Virus record (IMG/VR): IMGVR_UViG_3300022843_000001
Coordinates: 32,001 to 96,000 of that record
DNA length: 64,000 nt
Direction: 5' to 3' (one strand)
From: a virus
Below are positions 63,789 through 64,000 of this stretch, piece after piece. Each line of letters starts with the position of its first letter. Position 1 is the stretch's first letter. Position numbers and translations under genes: made by a program. Under the pieces are notes generated by a model, which did not search any database, was not told the DNA's origin, and was given only the letters and a program-made list of their open reading frames with translations.

Positions 63789-64000
63789 TTAATAAACTAT
63801 TTTGGATTCTGGCGTAATGATTTGTTGAGTTTCGGGAAAAATGCTTCTATAATGGGCCAACAATTCCGCATTAGGTTCAGTCATGAACAATATTGCCTCT
63901 ACGTTCAGATCTAGACCTTCGTCCAAATCTGCGTAAGGCATAAATCTGCCGACAGCAAGACCTTCATCAGTCGGTATGATTATGGAAATGTCGTTTATAG
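63789..64000 (-). CDS. Hypothetical protein upstream of gp43, partial (start outside window)
   Basis: Open frame ...FMPYA...P..EL..HY..IF....IITP..KIVY*. Confidence 0.6.
   Translation of the reverse strand, partial: INDISIIIPTDEGLAVGRFMPYADLDEGLDLNVEAILFMTEPNAELLAHYRSIFPETQQIITPESKIVY

Overview
64-kb segment of a T4-like (myovirus) phage genome, AT-rich and almost entirely encoded on the minus strand; host probably a sigma70-using (marine) proteobacterium (inference). It holds the T4 core replication and nucleotide-metabolism genes (gp32, gp59, gp33, DNA ligase, topoisomerase gp39+60/gp52, RNase H, nrdA/nrdB, thyX, dCMP deaminase, gp41, uvsX, gp43), about 30 tRNA or tRNA-like genes, RtcB, three SpoT/Mesh1-type HD hydrolases, two naturally split inteins (nrdA, and a P-loop kinase/ATPase), homing endonucleases, a UDP-xylose synthase/glycosyltransferase/MazG block next to the polymerase, and many accessory genes driven by a repeated early-promoter cassette. 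The most striking unexplained structure is in the tRNA array. It is split into two blocks, each preceded by a short leader ORF that overlaps an antiterminator competing with an intrinsic terminator, and each leader's codon content matches the tRNAs of its downstream block. This looks like a ribosome-stalling attenuator system that senses tRNA depletion. Also notable: a tRNA-Pro nested inside another tRNA-Pro shell, five tRNAs with a swapped A54-U58 T-loop, and 11 proteins with T4-type capsid-targeting N-termini, including a ligase-like, a nucleotidyltransferase-like, a kinase-like and a nuclease-like protein. All family assignments are by motif recognition from the sequence; no database search was run.
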